DNA from: a candidate division WOR-3 bacterium
Lineage (GTDB): Bacteria; Hydrothermota; Hydrothermia; LBFQ01; DSFT01
Length of the DNA: 27,736 nt
Reading direction: 5' to 3'
Assembly (NCBI GenBank): GCA_965649115.1
Contig: CBFGJN010000021.1
Location: forward strand, 1-27,736
Shown here: positions 17,701 through 26,513 of the stretch, piece after piece
Layout of the letters: each line of letters opens with the position of its first letter
How positions within the stretch are numbered: the first letter of the stretch is position 1
The notes under the pieces: generated by a model
The model's input: the letters and a program-made list of their open reading frames with translations, nothing else
Told to the model about the DNA's origin: nothing
Database searches by the model: none
Program-made: the position numbers and the translations under genes

Positions 17701-18866
17701 ATGCAGATAATAACCATAAGCAAAGAATTATTATATTAGATCCAAGAACAAAAACAATAATAAATGAAATAAATCTATTTAAGGGAAATGTTTCAACAAA
17801 TTGGGATATATCAGCAAGTGATTTTGATAATGATGGATTATATGAAATTGTAAGTTTAGATTCACTTGGAAAACTTCACATTCTAAAAGCAAATGGTCAA
17901 GATATAAATAACTTCCCAATTGATTTAACGCCTTACTTACCTTATAGTCCAGATGCTATTTCCTATTTTTCAAGTGCTATTTATGTCACATATAATAAAG
18001 TTATATGCGGAATTATACAAAATGGACAATTAAGAATTTTCATAATAAATGTTAATAGTGGAACTATTGAAAATGTAATAAATGTAAATTCTTATGTAAA
18101 TAATAATCCAATAGAACCATTTAGTTTATCGCTTGGAGATATTGATAATGATGGAATTGCAGAAATTGTTTTAATAACCTACCATGGTTATTATTCTTCA
18201 AAAAGAATTCTTGTTTTTAAATTAAATGGAAATTTAATTGCTCAATATGTTGGACCTGATGTTGATTGGGTTTGGTATTCACCAGCAAGTATTGCTGATA
18301 TTTTAAATGATAATAAAATGGATTTAGTAATTAGTCTTCCAAGAAGGGTTTTTATTTTAACTTATAATAATGGAAATTTAAATCATTTAGTTGGAACACC
18401 CATAATTTTAGCAGATGATACACTTCCAGAAGGTTATCCTCTCTATTCTCCTATTTTCAAAGATATAAATAATGACAATAAAATTGAAATGTTCGTTTTA
18501 CAATGGTCAAATCCACTATATTCATTTAACTTAGGAAATATAGGAAAAATTGAATGGAATGGAAATAGAGCTAATTTTAGAAATACTGCTGAATATGGAT
18601 ATAAAATTTCAAATAAAGACGAAACAAATTTAAATATCGTAAAATTTAATCATAAAAAGTTTGCTATTGAATTTAATTTAGGAAATTCTGAATTTTACAA
18701 TCTGAAAATATATAATGTTTCAGGAAGATTAATTTATGAAGATAAGGGTCTTATAAAAGGCAAAGGACTAATATCAATAAATTCTAAATTAAATAGAGGA
18801 ATTTACATTATTGATTTTAAGTCAAAAAATCATAATTTTAGAATAAAGGCGTTAAAATTAGATTAA
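14748..18866 (+). CDS. Secreted C25 (gingipain-like) cysteine peptidase with FG-GAP/VCBS repeats and T9SS-type C-terminal domain
   Basis: YVLIGGD, IGRLP, catalytic GH and GC motifs, NMFGDP; repeats ADINGDG, DFDNDG, GDIDNDG; C-terminal IYNVSGRLI...GIYII. Confidence 0.85.
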   Translation: MIFFLLNLTFNYNDETIKKLPVIFEDGYPILPYDFKVIEVPNNTKSIKIKNLRIQRKLYKSNVILQYNDKIYYFDENQNLKIIDVPRVQIGNKFPKEVVEVKSIGYYRNEKLTTIFIYPITYENGNLYLNETISFDLEYEQSQTTYNLKPLPDSLDYLILTISLFKEPFDSIAKLSIIRGFRTLVVYIDSIKDNPPKIRNLIIWAYRTFGIKYVLIGGDASIIKPWRFQVNYYDADPNLPTGPDIHTDYPYSALDGDYTNGYKWKIGDSIIDPYADIGIGRLPITNVYEAYNYYYKLRDWTFNFDGNPNAFACLEAEIMYNYFGGYCENIVSVSNMPRIIRLYEPNFNGDLKPQTLFDSLNINKPQFFFYIGHANGFIITSSYANPTYYVGFNEFYNMNFNYNAPYIAMFGGCWTGDLEHTALIKQILLMPNRGAIFGIGASKLDNTGSETSRGMAFFLAFNNYNAKTIGDAYIYMVMNFSGSLFSTYSKLNMFGDPTIEPYLNGKNYINANFNSSFSESLVVNTIPNSRVLLYDGENYILATSDNSGKAILRYSNSSPKTLLLSISKPSYVPYYSYVNYYPNNVVLDSITLNADYLIPSNNYQINFYLKNLNTNNQSINFKIKFNNAIPDSIFGNLNFNPNEEKTISYNITIKPNAKNLIGKFYINDKLIRSFSYSVEKVTLKLVGVKWESDSIDLDIFNNSNVNIYTVELKLPDFGITKIIDSIIAKNTTNYTTKLPRISNNPKLIISYAGKQDTYQLNFQLPLPSNDSFYLIPQREGILIKFDTTDNNARFYKIYRSEIPNGNYKFVGITNDFAKSYMDYIDSFKIYYYKISRIDFYYNEGQISNYKYQSKNPDYSIYKPTYLPNQGEAPPFILNDSFILVFSPIYMSIYNNRGIPLDGYPKELKFQAFSGVVADINGDGLEEAIVSARKDNNSFLLSVNINEIDTLFYSNFIGDISIYNKGLIIANFYNDSLPEIALKTYYADNNHKQRIIILDPRTKTIINEINLFKGNVSTNWDISASDFDNDGLYEIVSLDSLGKLHILKANGQDINNFPIDLTPYLPYSPDAISYFSSAIYVTYNKVICGIIQNGQLRIFIINVNSGTIENVINVNSYVNNNPIEPFSLSLGDIDNDGIAEIVLITYHGYYSSKRILVFKLNGNLIAQYVGPDVDWVWYSPASIADILNDNKMDLVISLPRRVFILTYNNGNLNHLVGTPIILADDTLPEGYPLYSPIFKDINNDNKIEMFVLQWSNPLYSFNLGNIGKIEWNGNRANFRNTAEYGYKISNKDETNLNIVKFNHKKFAIEFNLGNSEFYNLKIYNVSGRLIYEDKGLIKGKGLISINSKLNRGIYIIDFKSKNHNFRIKALKLD

Positions 18867-18874
18867 AGGGAATT

Positions 18875-18889
18875 GGGGGGAAAGCCCCC
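18875..18889 (+). repeat. Solo GC hairpin (element remnant, possible terminator)
   Basis: GGGGGGAAAGCCCCC just after the C25 peptidase stop; no clear U-tract. Confidence 0.4.
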
Positions 18890-18931
18890 GAGGCATAAGA
18901 ATTTTTTTAAACTTTAAAATTTTGAAAACTT

Positions 18932-19909
18932 ATGCTTAATCTTTTAATTGTTTTAAATGAAGATAGTACTTTAATTGAAGCTATGTATCTTGGACTTAAC
19001 GAGTACTATGACCAATCCTTTGCCTTAATAAATCAAGTTTTAAACAAAAATCCAACATCCATAAAAGCTTATCTATTAAAGGCTATTATTTTAGATTATA
19101 GAATGGACGATTATGGAAATAACATAGGTGAAGATGAATTTTTTGAATGCATAGATAAAGTTATTAAATTTTCTTCATCCTTACTTCAATCGGAGAATAG
19201 AGCAGATGGTTATTTTTTTATAGGTTCAGCCTATGCTTTGAGAGCTTTTAGATATGGGAAAAAAGGAATATATGCACCCATATTAAGTGATATAATAAAT
19301 GGAATTGATTATTTAAATAAAGCTCTTGAAATCAACAAAGAATTATATGATGCTTATTTATTACTTGGATTATATAACTATGCTTCAGATCAATTTCCTT
19401 CATTTGTAAAATTTATTTTAAGAACAGGTGATACAAAAAAAAGAAAGAAACTTGGAATTGAACAATTAGAAATTTCTGCTCAAAAATCAAGATATGTTAA
19501 TGACTTAACAAAATATGCCTTGCTTGAAATTTATTACAGAGAAAGAATGTACAACAAAGCTTATGAAATTGGAAAGGAATTAGTAAAGAAATACAATCAT
19601 TCAAGAAATATAAGATGGATATATGGAAAAAGTTTAAGAGCACTTGGAAAATGGGAAGAAGCAAGAGTTATATATGAAGAATTATTATACCTTATATTAG
19701 ATACAAGGGATTTTGACAAATATCAAATTGTTCTTTCAAGCTATTACACAGCTTTAAGCTATTATACACTTGGAAAATATGAAGAAGCATATCAATTTTT
19801 AAATTTCGCTTATGTTGTAATTTTAGAAAATTTAAATGTGAAAGAATTATTAAAATTAAAACCAAGAGTAGAAAACTTAATGAAAAATATAGAAAGATAC
19901 AAAGGATGA
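18932..19909 (+). CDS. Tetratricopeptide-repeat protein
   Basis: Helical repeats such as KALEINKELYDAYLLLG, LGKWEEARVIYE and LGKYEEAYQFL. Confidence 0.75.
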   Translation: MLNLLIVLNEDSTLIEAMYLGLNEYYDQSFALINQVLNKNPTSIKAYLLKAIILDYRMDDYGNNIGEDEFFECIDKVIKFSSSLLQSENRADGYFFIGSAYALRAFRYGKKGIYAPILSDIINGIDYLNKALEINKELYDAYLLLGLYNYASDQFPSFVKFILRTGDTKKRKKLGIEQLEISAQKSRYVNDLTKYALLEIYYRERMYNKAYEIGKELVKKYNHSRNIRWIYGKSLRALGKWEEARVIYEELLYLILDTRDFDKYQIVLSSYYTALSYYTLGKYEEAYQFLNFAYVVILENLNVKELLKLKPRVENLMKNIERYKG

Positions 19910-21174
19910 AACTTTTAAGAGAAAAAAATTTAATTCTATTATCAATAGCACAATTTATTTCGCTTTTTGGAGATAGATTAAATAATATGGCATTAGTAGG
20001 AATTCTTGGTTCTTACTATTCACAATCTACCTTCGTTTTTTCGGGTCTTGCTATATTTATTTCTTTACCTTCAATTTTATTTTCACCAATTTCTGGAATA
20101 ATAGCTGATAAACTAAATAGAAAAAAAATTATGATAACCATTGAAATTTTAAGAGCATTAATTGTTTTTTTAATTCCATTTATTTTCATAAAATTCAAAA
20201 GCATACTCCTAATTTATTTTTTAATTTTTCTTCTTTATTCACTTACACTTCCATTCAATAATGCTAAAATGGCATCAATTCCACAAATGGTAAATAACAT
20301 ATATACTGCTAATGCATTTTTGAATACAACAGGTAGACTATCAATAGCTCTTGGAATACTATTTGGTGGAGTAATAGTAGATTTATATATTTGGCAAAAA
20401 TTGGGTTTTGAAGGATGGCAAATAGCGTTTTATATTGATAGTCTAACATATTTAATTTCAGCTTTTATAATACTATTTATAACATTTGAAGAACAAAAGA
20501 AAAATAATTTTGAATTTCAAGAAATAATTGAAGAAGAAAAAAGTTTTTTAAAAAAAATCATTGATGATTTCAAATTTGGTATAGAATATATATCAAAAGA
20601 TAAATTTTTATCGTTTGTTTTTAAATGTATTATTCTAACGATGCTAATTATTTCAATTAGTTATAATGTTTATCTTCCATATTTTCAGCAAAACTTAGGA
20701 TTTGGAACAAAAGGAATAGGAATTGTAGGAGGATTTTTGGGAATAGGTTTTATAATCGGTTCTTCTTTATTTCCGATAATTGCTAAAAAATTGGGAGAAA
20801 TTAAAATAATTGTTATTTCTCATATTATTTTTCCTATATTATTTGTCCTTTCATTGTTCGTTTCTAACTTTTTCGTTTTAATGTTATTGTTTCTAATAGG
20901 TGGTTTTACATTATCAAACTTATTAATATCATATGATACATTTATTCAAGCTGTTTCAGATGATTTTATTAGAGGAAGATTGTTTTCTTTTAAGGAATTT
21001 TTATGGTCATTTTCATTCCTATGTTTTGTTTTCCTAATTGGAATTTTTGGTGAGATTTTGAAAATTTTCTTTAAATTTGAAAACGTAATAAAATCAATTA
21101 TTCTTATTACAAGTATAATTATAATTAGCCTAAATTTAGTTTTTTTTAACAACTTAAAGTCTAACAAGAAATAA
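19906..21174 (+). CDS. MFS transporter (MefA/EntS-like)
   Basis: QFISLFGD, GIIADKLNRKKIM motif A and RGRLFS; about 12 TM helices. Confidence 0.9.
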   Translation: MKLLREKNLILLSIAQFISLFGDRLNNMALVGILGSYYSQSTFVFSGLAIFISLPSILFSPISGIIADKLNRKKIMITIEILRALIVFLIPFIFIKFKSILLIYFLIFLLYSLTLPFNNAKMASIPQMVNNIYTANAFLNTTGRLSIALGILFGGVIVDLYIWQKLGFEGWQIAFYIDSLTYLISAFIILFITFEEQKKNNFEFQEIIEEEKSFLKKIIDDFKFGIEYISKDKFLSFVFKCIILTMLIISISYNVYLPYFQQNLGFGTKGIGIVGGFLGIGFIIGSSLFPIIAKKLGEIKIIVISHIIFPILFVLSLFVSNFFVLMLLFLIGGFTLSNLLISYDTFIQAVSDDFIRGRLFSFKEFLWSFSFLCFVFLIGIFGEILKIFFKFENVIKSIILITSIIIISLNLVFFNNLKSNKK

Positions 21175-21176
21175 TG

Positions 21177-22112
21177 TTAAGTAAAGGCGAAGCCAATTCT
21201 TCTATATTTTTCATATCTCATTTTTATTATTTCATTTATTTCAATTTTATTTAATTCATTTATTTGTTCAATTAAGTGTTGTCTTAAAATTTGATACATT
21301 TCCTTAGGATTCCAATGAGCTCCACCCACAGGTTCTTTAACTATTCCATCAATTACATTAAGTTCCAATAAATCTTTTGAAGTTAATTTTAAAATTTCTG
21401 CTGCTTCACTTGCCTTACTTGAATCTCTAAACAATATAGATGCACATCCTTCTGGTGAAATCACAGAATATATACTATATTCAAGAGCAAAAACCCTATC
21501 AGCAACAGCTATCGCTAGGGCACCACCACTTCCTCCTTCTCCAATAATATAACTAATCGTTCTTGTTTTAATTGAGAGCATTTTCATAATTGAGTAAGCA
21601 ATAGCTGAAAATTGTCCCCTCTCTTCAGCACCAATACCAGGATATGCACCCGGTGTATCAACAAATGTTATTAAAGGTAATTTTAATTTTTCAGCCAATT
21701 CCATAATTCTCATTCCTTTTCTATATCCTTCTGGATGTGGCATACCAAAATTCCTTTCAATTTTTTCATTTGTTGTTCTTCCTTTCTCCTGAGCAATAAA
21801 TGCTATTGAAAATTTTTCTAACTTTCCAATTCCAACGATTATTGAAGGGTCATCTGAAAACAATCTATCACCATGTAGTTCTAAAAATTCATCTAAAATA
21901 TTACTTAAATAATCTATTGATTTTGGCCTATCAGGATGTCTTGCTATCTGAACAATTTGCCATCTTGTTAAATTACTATATATTTGATGTCTTAGTTTTT
22001 CAGCTTCTTGCTTTAAAGAAGATAAATTATCCTTTAAACTTGGATTTCCTTCAAGCTCTTTTATCTTTTCTAAAATATCAAATAAAGGTTTTTCAAAATC
22101 AAGGGGTCTCAT
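21177..22112 (-). CDS. accA: Acetyl-CoA carboxylase carboxyltransferase alpha subunit
   Basis: LDFEKP, ARHPDRP, FGMPHPEGYRK, DTPGAYPGIGAEERGQ, GEGGSGGAL and SVISPEGC; likely ATG at 22112. Confidence 0.97.
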   Translation of the reverse strand: MRPLDFEKPLFDILEKIKELEGNPSLKDNLSSLKQEAEKLRHQIYSNLTRWQIVQIARHPDRPKSIDYLSNILDEFLELHGDRLFSDDPSIIVGIGKLEKFSIAFIAQEKGRTTNEKIERNFGMPHPEGYRKGMRIMELAEKLKLPLITFVDTPGAYPGIGAEERGQFSAIAYSIMKMLSIKTRTISYIIGEGGSGGALAIAVADRVFALEYSIYSVISPEGCASILFRDSSKASEAAEILKLTSKDLLELNVIDGIVKEPVGGAHWNPKEMYQILRQHLIEQINELNKIEINEIIKMRYEKYRRIGFAFT

Positions 22113-22866
22113 AGCTAACACTTATTATATTAGTAAAGTTAAGATATGATGGAATGTAAGCTTTATAGCCAAAGTTTAATTTTTTATATTTTATTATTAA
22201 GAAACCCGAAATTTTTGAATAATCGTAGTCAGGAGTAAGTGAAATTCCAAATTTTAAAATGTTCCTTAAATTATAATTTACTATTAGAAATTTTTCAAAA
22301 TTATAATATTTATTAAATCCAAAAGCAAATTCAAATTGATTGATATTTGAACTTAAACCAAAAGAAAAAATCTGTGGTAGTTCAACTTGATTAGAATATA
22401 TTAATTTTTTGAAACTAAAATTTTCAAAAGAAAATAAAATTGAATTGTTTGAATTTAATTTAAAATGCGAGCTAATTGAAATAAATGGTGAAGCTTTAAT
22501 TTCATCAACAACTCTATTTTCATAATATCCAAAATTTAATCCTAAAAATAACTTTTCTTCAATTTTAAATTTTTTACCCAGTGAAAAATAAATTGAAAAA
22601 GGAGAAAAGTTAAAAACTTGATTATCATTTGGAATTTCATTTTGATAATTAAAAACTCCAAAATCAAAGTACTTGATATTTATTGTAAAAGTCTTATATA
22701 ATACAAATAATTCATATATTTTACTATCAATAAGCCAAAAGTTTATTGATGTTGAAAAAATTTTTTTAGTATCTACAATGGAAGTATTAGTCTTATAATC
22801 TAAAAGTCTATTTGATATTGAATTATCTACCCATAGTTCATTTAATGTAATAATAAAATTTATCAT
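22099..22866 (-). CDS. Putative outer-membrane beta-barrel protein (PorV/PorQ-like)
   Basis: Alternating aromatic/hydrophobic beta-strand pattern throughout; family assignment tentative. Confidence 0.45.
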   Translation of the reverse strand: MINFIITLNELWVDNSISNRLLDYKTNTSIVDTKKIFSTSINFWLIDSKIYELFVLYKTFTINIKYFDFGVFNYQNEIPNDNQVFNFSPFSIYFSLGKKFKIEEKLFLGLNFGYYENRVVDEIKASPFISISSHFKLNSNNSILFSFENFSFKKLIYSNQVELPQIFSFGLSSNINQFEFAFGFNKYYNFEKFLIVNYNLRNILKFGISLTPDYDYSKISGFLIIKYKKLNFGYKAYIPSYLNFTNIISVSYETP

Positions 22867-23681
22867 ATTCCAAGCTTCTTTAAAAACTTTTCAAATTCCT
22901 CTTTATTTTTAAAATCAAGAATCAATTTAACTCTTCTCTTTGTCGCTTTAATTTCTGCTTTTAGTCCAACATTATTAAAAAGCTTTTCAGCTAATTCCCT
23001 TGTCCATAAATTCTCTTCACTTTTCTTCTCCTTCGGTGCAATAATGTTTTCTAATTGCCTAACACTTAAACCTTCATTTATAACTTTCATCGCCATTTCC
23101 TCTTGTTTCTTTGGATCATCAATCCTTAAAAGAACACGAGCATGACCTTCGCTTATCTTACCATCTCTTAACATTTCTAAAACTTTTTCACTTAAACTTA
23201 ACAATCTTAAAGTATTTGTAATAGTAGCCCTATCTTTTCCTACAATTTGAGCAATTTCTGATTGAGTAAATCCAAATTTTTCTATAAGTTGCTTATAAGC
23301 TAAGGCTTCTTCAACAGGATTTAGGTCTTCCCTTTGTAAATTTTCAATCAATGCCAATTGAAGCATTTCCGAATCTTCTAAATCTTTTACAATAGCAGGA
23401 ATTTTCTTTAAACCAGCTATTCTACAAGCTCTCCATCTTCTCTCACCAGCAACTATTTGATATTTATCATCTGAAATTTGTCTTACAATAATGGGTTGTA
23501 ATAATCCATTTGCTTTTATAGATTCTGCTAATTCTTTTAATTCTTGTTCAGAAAATTTCTTTCTTGGTTGATAAGGATTTGGCTCAATAGCTTCAATATC
23601 TATAAGTTGTAAATCTTCAAGTGATTCCCCTCCTGGTAAAATTGCTGCTAAACCTCTTCCAAGTCCTCTCATCTTCTTCAT
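22863..23681 (-). CDS. parB: Chromosome partitioning protein ParB/Spo0J
   Basis: GLGRGL, NPYQPRK, AGERRWRA, IENLQREDL and HTH region; GGAGG Shine-Dalgarno. Confidence 0.97.
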   Translation of the reverse strand: MKKMRGLGRGLAAILPGGESLEDLQLIDIEAIEPNPYQPRKKFSEQELKELAESIKANGLLQPIIVRQISDDKYQIVAGERRWRACRIAGLKKIPAIVKDLEDSEMLQLALIENLQREDLNPVEEALAYKQLIEKFGFTQSEIAQIVGKDRATITNTLRLLSLSEKVLEMLRDGKISEGHARVLLRIDDPKKQEEMAMKVINEGLSVRQLENIIAPKEKKSEENLWTRELAEKLFNNVGLKAEIKATKRRVKLILDFKNKEEFEKFLKKLGI

Positions 23682-24454
23682 ACCTTTGCCTCCCTTTTAG
23701 CAAACTTATTTAATATTTCTTTTGCTAAATTTTTATATGCAATAGCTCCGACAGACATTGGATCAAATAAAACCCCAGGAATACCATAACTTGGAGCCTC
23801 CGCCAATCTTATACTCCTAGGAATTACATTTTCAAAAACCATTTCTTTAAATATCCTTCTAATTTCCTCTTCAACTTGCTCAGAAAGCTTAGTTCTCTTA
23901 TCGTACATCGTTATTAAAAATCCCATTAGCTTCAATTTTGGATTTATCGTTCTTCTTACATAATGGACTGTTTCAAGAAGTTGAGCAACACCTTCAAGAG
24001 CATAGTACTCAGCTTGAACAGGTATTAAAACTTGTTCAGCAGCAGAAAGTATAAGAATAGTTAGTGTCCCAAGAGATGGGGGAGCATCAATAAAAGTAAA
24101 TTCATAATTATCAGAAATATTATCAAGAATGTTTTTTAAAGTTAATTCCCAATTTTGCTTTCCTCTTAATTCAGTATCAACCCCAATTAAATCCGGTGAA
24201 GATGGTATTAAATCAATTTTAGCATTTTCAATTCTCACCAAAACTTCTTCAATAGTGGCTTTACCTATAAGTAAATGATATAAATTTTTTGAATTTCTTC
24301 TATTTACTCCAAATCCACTTGAAGCATTTGCCTGGGCATCACCATCAACGACAAGAACTTTTAAACCTTCCATTGCTAATGCTGTCGACAAATTCACTAC
24401 TGTTGTAGTTTTTCCAACACCACCTTTTTGATTAACAACTGCAATTTTTGTCAT
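23678..24454 (-). CDS. parA: Chromosome partitioning ATPase ParA/Soj
   Basis: NQKGGVGKTTT deviant Walker A, DAPPSLG, PVQAEYYALEG and LAEAPSYG. Confidence 0.97.
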   Translation of the reverse strand: MTKIAVVNQKGGVGKTTTVVNLSTALAMEGLKVLVVDGDAQANASSGFGVNRRNSKNLYHLLIGKATIEEVLVRIENAKIDLIPSSPDLIGVDTELRGKQNWELTLKNILDNISDNYEFTFIDAPPSLGTLTILILSAAEQVLIPVQAEYYALEGVAQLLETVHYVRRTINPKLKLMGFLITMYDKRTKLSEQVEEEIRRIFKEMVFENVIPRSIRLAEAPSYGIPGVLFDPMSVGAIAYKNLAKEILNKFAKREAKV

Positions 24455-24462
24455 AGCGAAAA

Positions 24463-25551
24463 TTATAAAGCATAGGTTTCATGTGAAACAATTTTTTTAA
24501 TTTCTAAAAAATTCATCTTCTTTTTTTGGATAGAAAGATTTCTTTTAATGAAATTTAAAATCTCTGGATTTTCAATAATAAATTGAGTTAATTTGACAAG
24601 TTGAGAAAAGTTCTTTGCTATTAGTCCAAGACCATACTCCTTTATAAATTTTTCGTTTCCTTCCTCCTGACCTGGAAGACTTTTATAATAAATTGCTGGT
24701 TTTTCTAGATATAGAAGTTCAGAAACACTTAATCCTCCTGCTTTCGTAATTGAAAAATCACATATAGACATAAGTTTATAGATTTCTTGTGTAAATCCAA
24801 AGAGTTTATATTCAGCCCTTATCTTATTTAAGAAATTTTCAATCAGTTTAAATATTTTCTCATCTCTACCTACAATTATTAAAAAATAAAGCTTATCTTT
24901 AAATAAATCAATAAACTTAATTGCATCTTTTAAAGGTAAAACACTATTTGCTCCCAAATTCAATAAAACAATAAATTTATTTGTTTCTACATTAAAAAAT
25001 TTTTTCATTTCATTTTTATCCAATTTTGCCAAAAATCCCTTCCTTAAAGGAATACCTGTTATTAGAAAATTCTTTCCTTTAAATGTTCTTAATGAAAATT
25101 CAGATGGTAAGAAATATAAATCCACTTCATCAAACAACCAAATAGGATGAATTTCATAATCCGTTATACAAACAAGTAATTTTGTATTGGGTTTTTCGTT
25201 CTTAAATTTAATTCCATATATAGTAGCAAAAAAGTGTGTTGAAATAATAATATCTGGATTGTAATTTACTACTTTATCATAGACTTTTTTGTTTAATAGC
25301 AGTTTGAGAAGATTTCTAAAAAATTTGGCTTTTGCAATAGGATTATAATAAATTATCCTCCATAAAAAATGGGAATGACGATTTAAAAAAATGTACAACT
25401 TAGAAGTTATTTTTTCTATTTTTGAACCAGCCTCTACTATATCTAAAATTTCAACATCATTTTCTTCATCTTCAATAAGTTCTTTTAATCCTTCAGATGC
25501 TATTAAATGTCCAGCTCCATAATTTGCTGTTAGAATTAAAATTTTTTTCAA
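24463..25551 (-). CDS. MGDG synthase/UgtP-like processive diacylglycerol glycosyltransferase (GT28)
   Basis: YGAGH, ISTHF, ITDY..H..W, TGIP, ITKAGG and PGQEEGN motifs; TTG at 25551 chosen because the longer ORF overlaps the tRNA. Confidence 0.85.
   Translation of the reverse strand: MKKILILTANYGAGHLIASEGLKELIEDEENDVEILDIVEAGSKIEKITSKLYIFLNRHSHFLWRIIYYNPIAKAKFFRNLLKLLLNKKVYDKVVNYNPDIIISTHFFATIYGIKFKNEKPNTKLLVCITDYEIHPIWLFDEVDLYFLPSEFSLRTFKGKNFLITGIPLRKGFLAKLDKNEMKKFFNVETNKFIVLLNLGANSVLPLKDAIKFIDLFKDKLYFLIIVGRDEKIFKLIENFLNKIRAEYKLFGFTQEIYKLMSICDFSITKAGGLSVSELLYLEKPAIYYKSLPGQEEGNEKFIKEYGLGLIAKNFSQLVKLTQFIIENPEILNFIKRNLSIQKKKMNFLEIKKIVSHETYAL
24475..24490. promoter_or_regulatory. parS centromere-like site
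   Basis: GGTTTCATGTGAAACA matches 14/16 of consensus TGTTTCACGTGAAACA, 20 bp upstream of parA. Confidence 0.8.
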
Positions 25552-25553
25552 AA

Positions 25554-25626
25554 TGGGCGGTGGAGGATTCGAACCTCCGACCTCTCGCATGTCAAACGAG
25601 CGCTCTAACCCCTGAGCTAACCGCCC
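25554..25626 (-). tRNA. tRNA-Val(GAC), CCA not encoded
   Basis: Minus strand GGGCGGTTAGCTCAGGGGTTAGAGCGCTCGTTTGACATGCGAGAGGTCGGAGGTTCGAATCCTCCACCGCCCA folds as a cloverleaf with anticodon GAC. Confidence 0.96.
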
Positions 25627-25692
25627 AAATAAAGTTTTAAAATTTTAAAGGCAAAACTCTTCAAAGAAGGAAAATGAGCATTTTCAATGCAC

Positions 25693-25820
25693 TGCTTTGT
25701 CAAAACAAATAGGGGCAAAGCCCCAAGACAAAAATTGGAATTTTTATAAGCTGACAGATTATTTTCAGGGTGGGTTGGAAAAATACAATAAAATAAATAG
25801 TTCTAGAATTACTGGACATC
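25693..25820 (+). mobile_element. Internally deleted copy of the element
   Basis: TGCTTTGTC, GGGGCAAAGCCCC, AGGGTGGGTTGGAAAA and AGAATTACTGGACA. Confidence 0.65.
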
Positions 25821-25838
25821 CTTTAAAATTTTCAATAT

Positions 25839-26513
25839 ATGTCCATTCTTGAAGTAAAAAATTTAAGTGTTAAAATAGATGGTAAAGAAATTCTTAAAAA
25901 TATAAATTTTACTTTAAATGAGGGGGAAATTCTTTTAGTAATTGGTCCAAATGGTGGTGGTAAAACAACTTTACTCAAAGCAATTTTAAAAATTATCCCT
26001 TATGAGGGAGAAGTTATCATTAAAAATAATTATAAGATAGGTTATTTACCACAGAACATAGATAATATCTCAAAAATTCCCATTGTTGTTCTTGAAATGT
26101 TTAAATTCTTTACAAGTGCTAAAAAGGAAGAGATTTATAAAGTTTTAGAGTTTTTTGATTTAGTTAAATATAAAAACGAACTATTTAGAAATCTATCTGG
26201 TGGATTAAAGCAAAGAGTTCTTATAGCAATAAGCATACTAACAAATAGTAAAATTTTACTTCTTGATGAACCTACAAATAACCTTGATTTAAATGCTCAA
26301 AATGAATTCTATAATTTAATAAAAAAACTCAAAGAAGAATATAAAACTTCAATGATTATTGTAAGTCATGATATTGGAATTGTTAATGCTATTGCCGATA
26401 ATGTTCTCTGTTTAAATAGGATTATGTTTTACCATGGAAAACCAAATTTAACGGAAAAAGAACTTTGCGAATTATATGGTAGTGAAGTTAGACTGATTAT
26501 TCATGCTCATTAG
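25839..26513 (+). CDS. znuC: Zn/Mn ABC transporter ATP-binding protein
   Basis: GPNGGGKTT, GYLPQ, LSGG, LLLDEPT, VSHD and VLCLN motifs. Confidence 0.85.
   Translation: MSILEVKNLSVKIDGKEILKNINFTLNEGEILLVIGPNGGGKTTLLKAILKIIPYEGEVIIKNNYKIGYLPQNIDNISKIPIVVLEMFKFFTSAKKEEIYKVLEFFDLVKYKNELFRNLSGGLKQRVLIAISILTNSKILLLDEPTNNLDLNAQNEFYNLIKKLKEEYKTSMIIVSHDIGIVNAIADNVLCLNRIMFYHGKPNLTEKELCELYGSEVRLIIHAH

Noticed and set aside
3755..22114. Short antisense or alternate-frame ORFs (3755, 4059, 6594, 10225, 10475, 11006, 13837, 15412, 16906, 20016, 20946, 21800)
   Set aside because: All are shadows of well-supported genes on the opposite strand and show no recognisable motifs.
22105..22120. Second parS-like site (VSYET, echoing VSHET)
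   Set aside because: TGTTAGCTATGAGACC differs at 5 positions from the parS at 24475 and is not palindromic.
25552..25590. N-terminal extension MREVGGSNPPPPI of the glycosyltransferase
   Set aside because: It is the translated 3' half of the tRNA.
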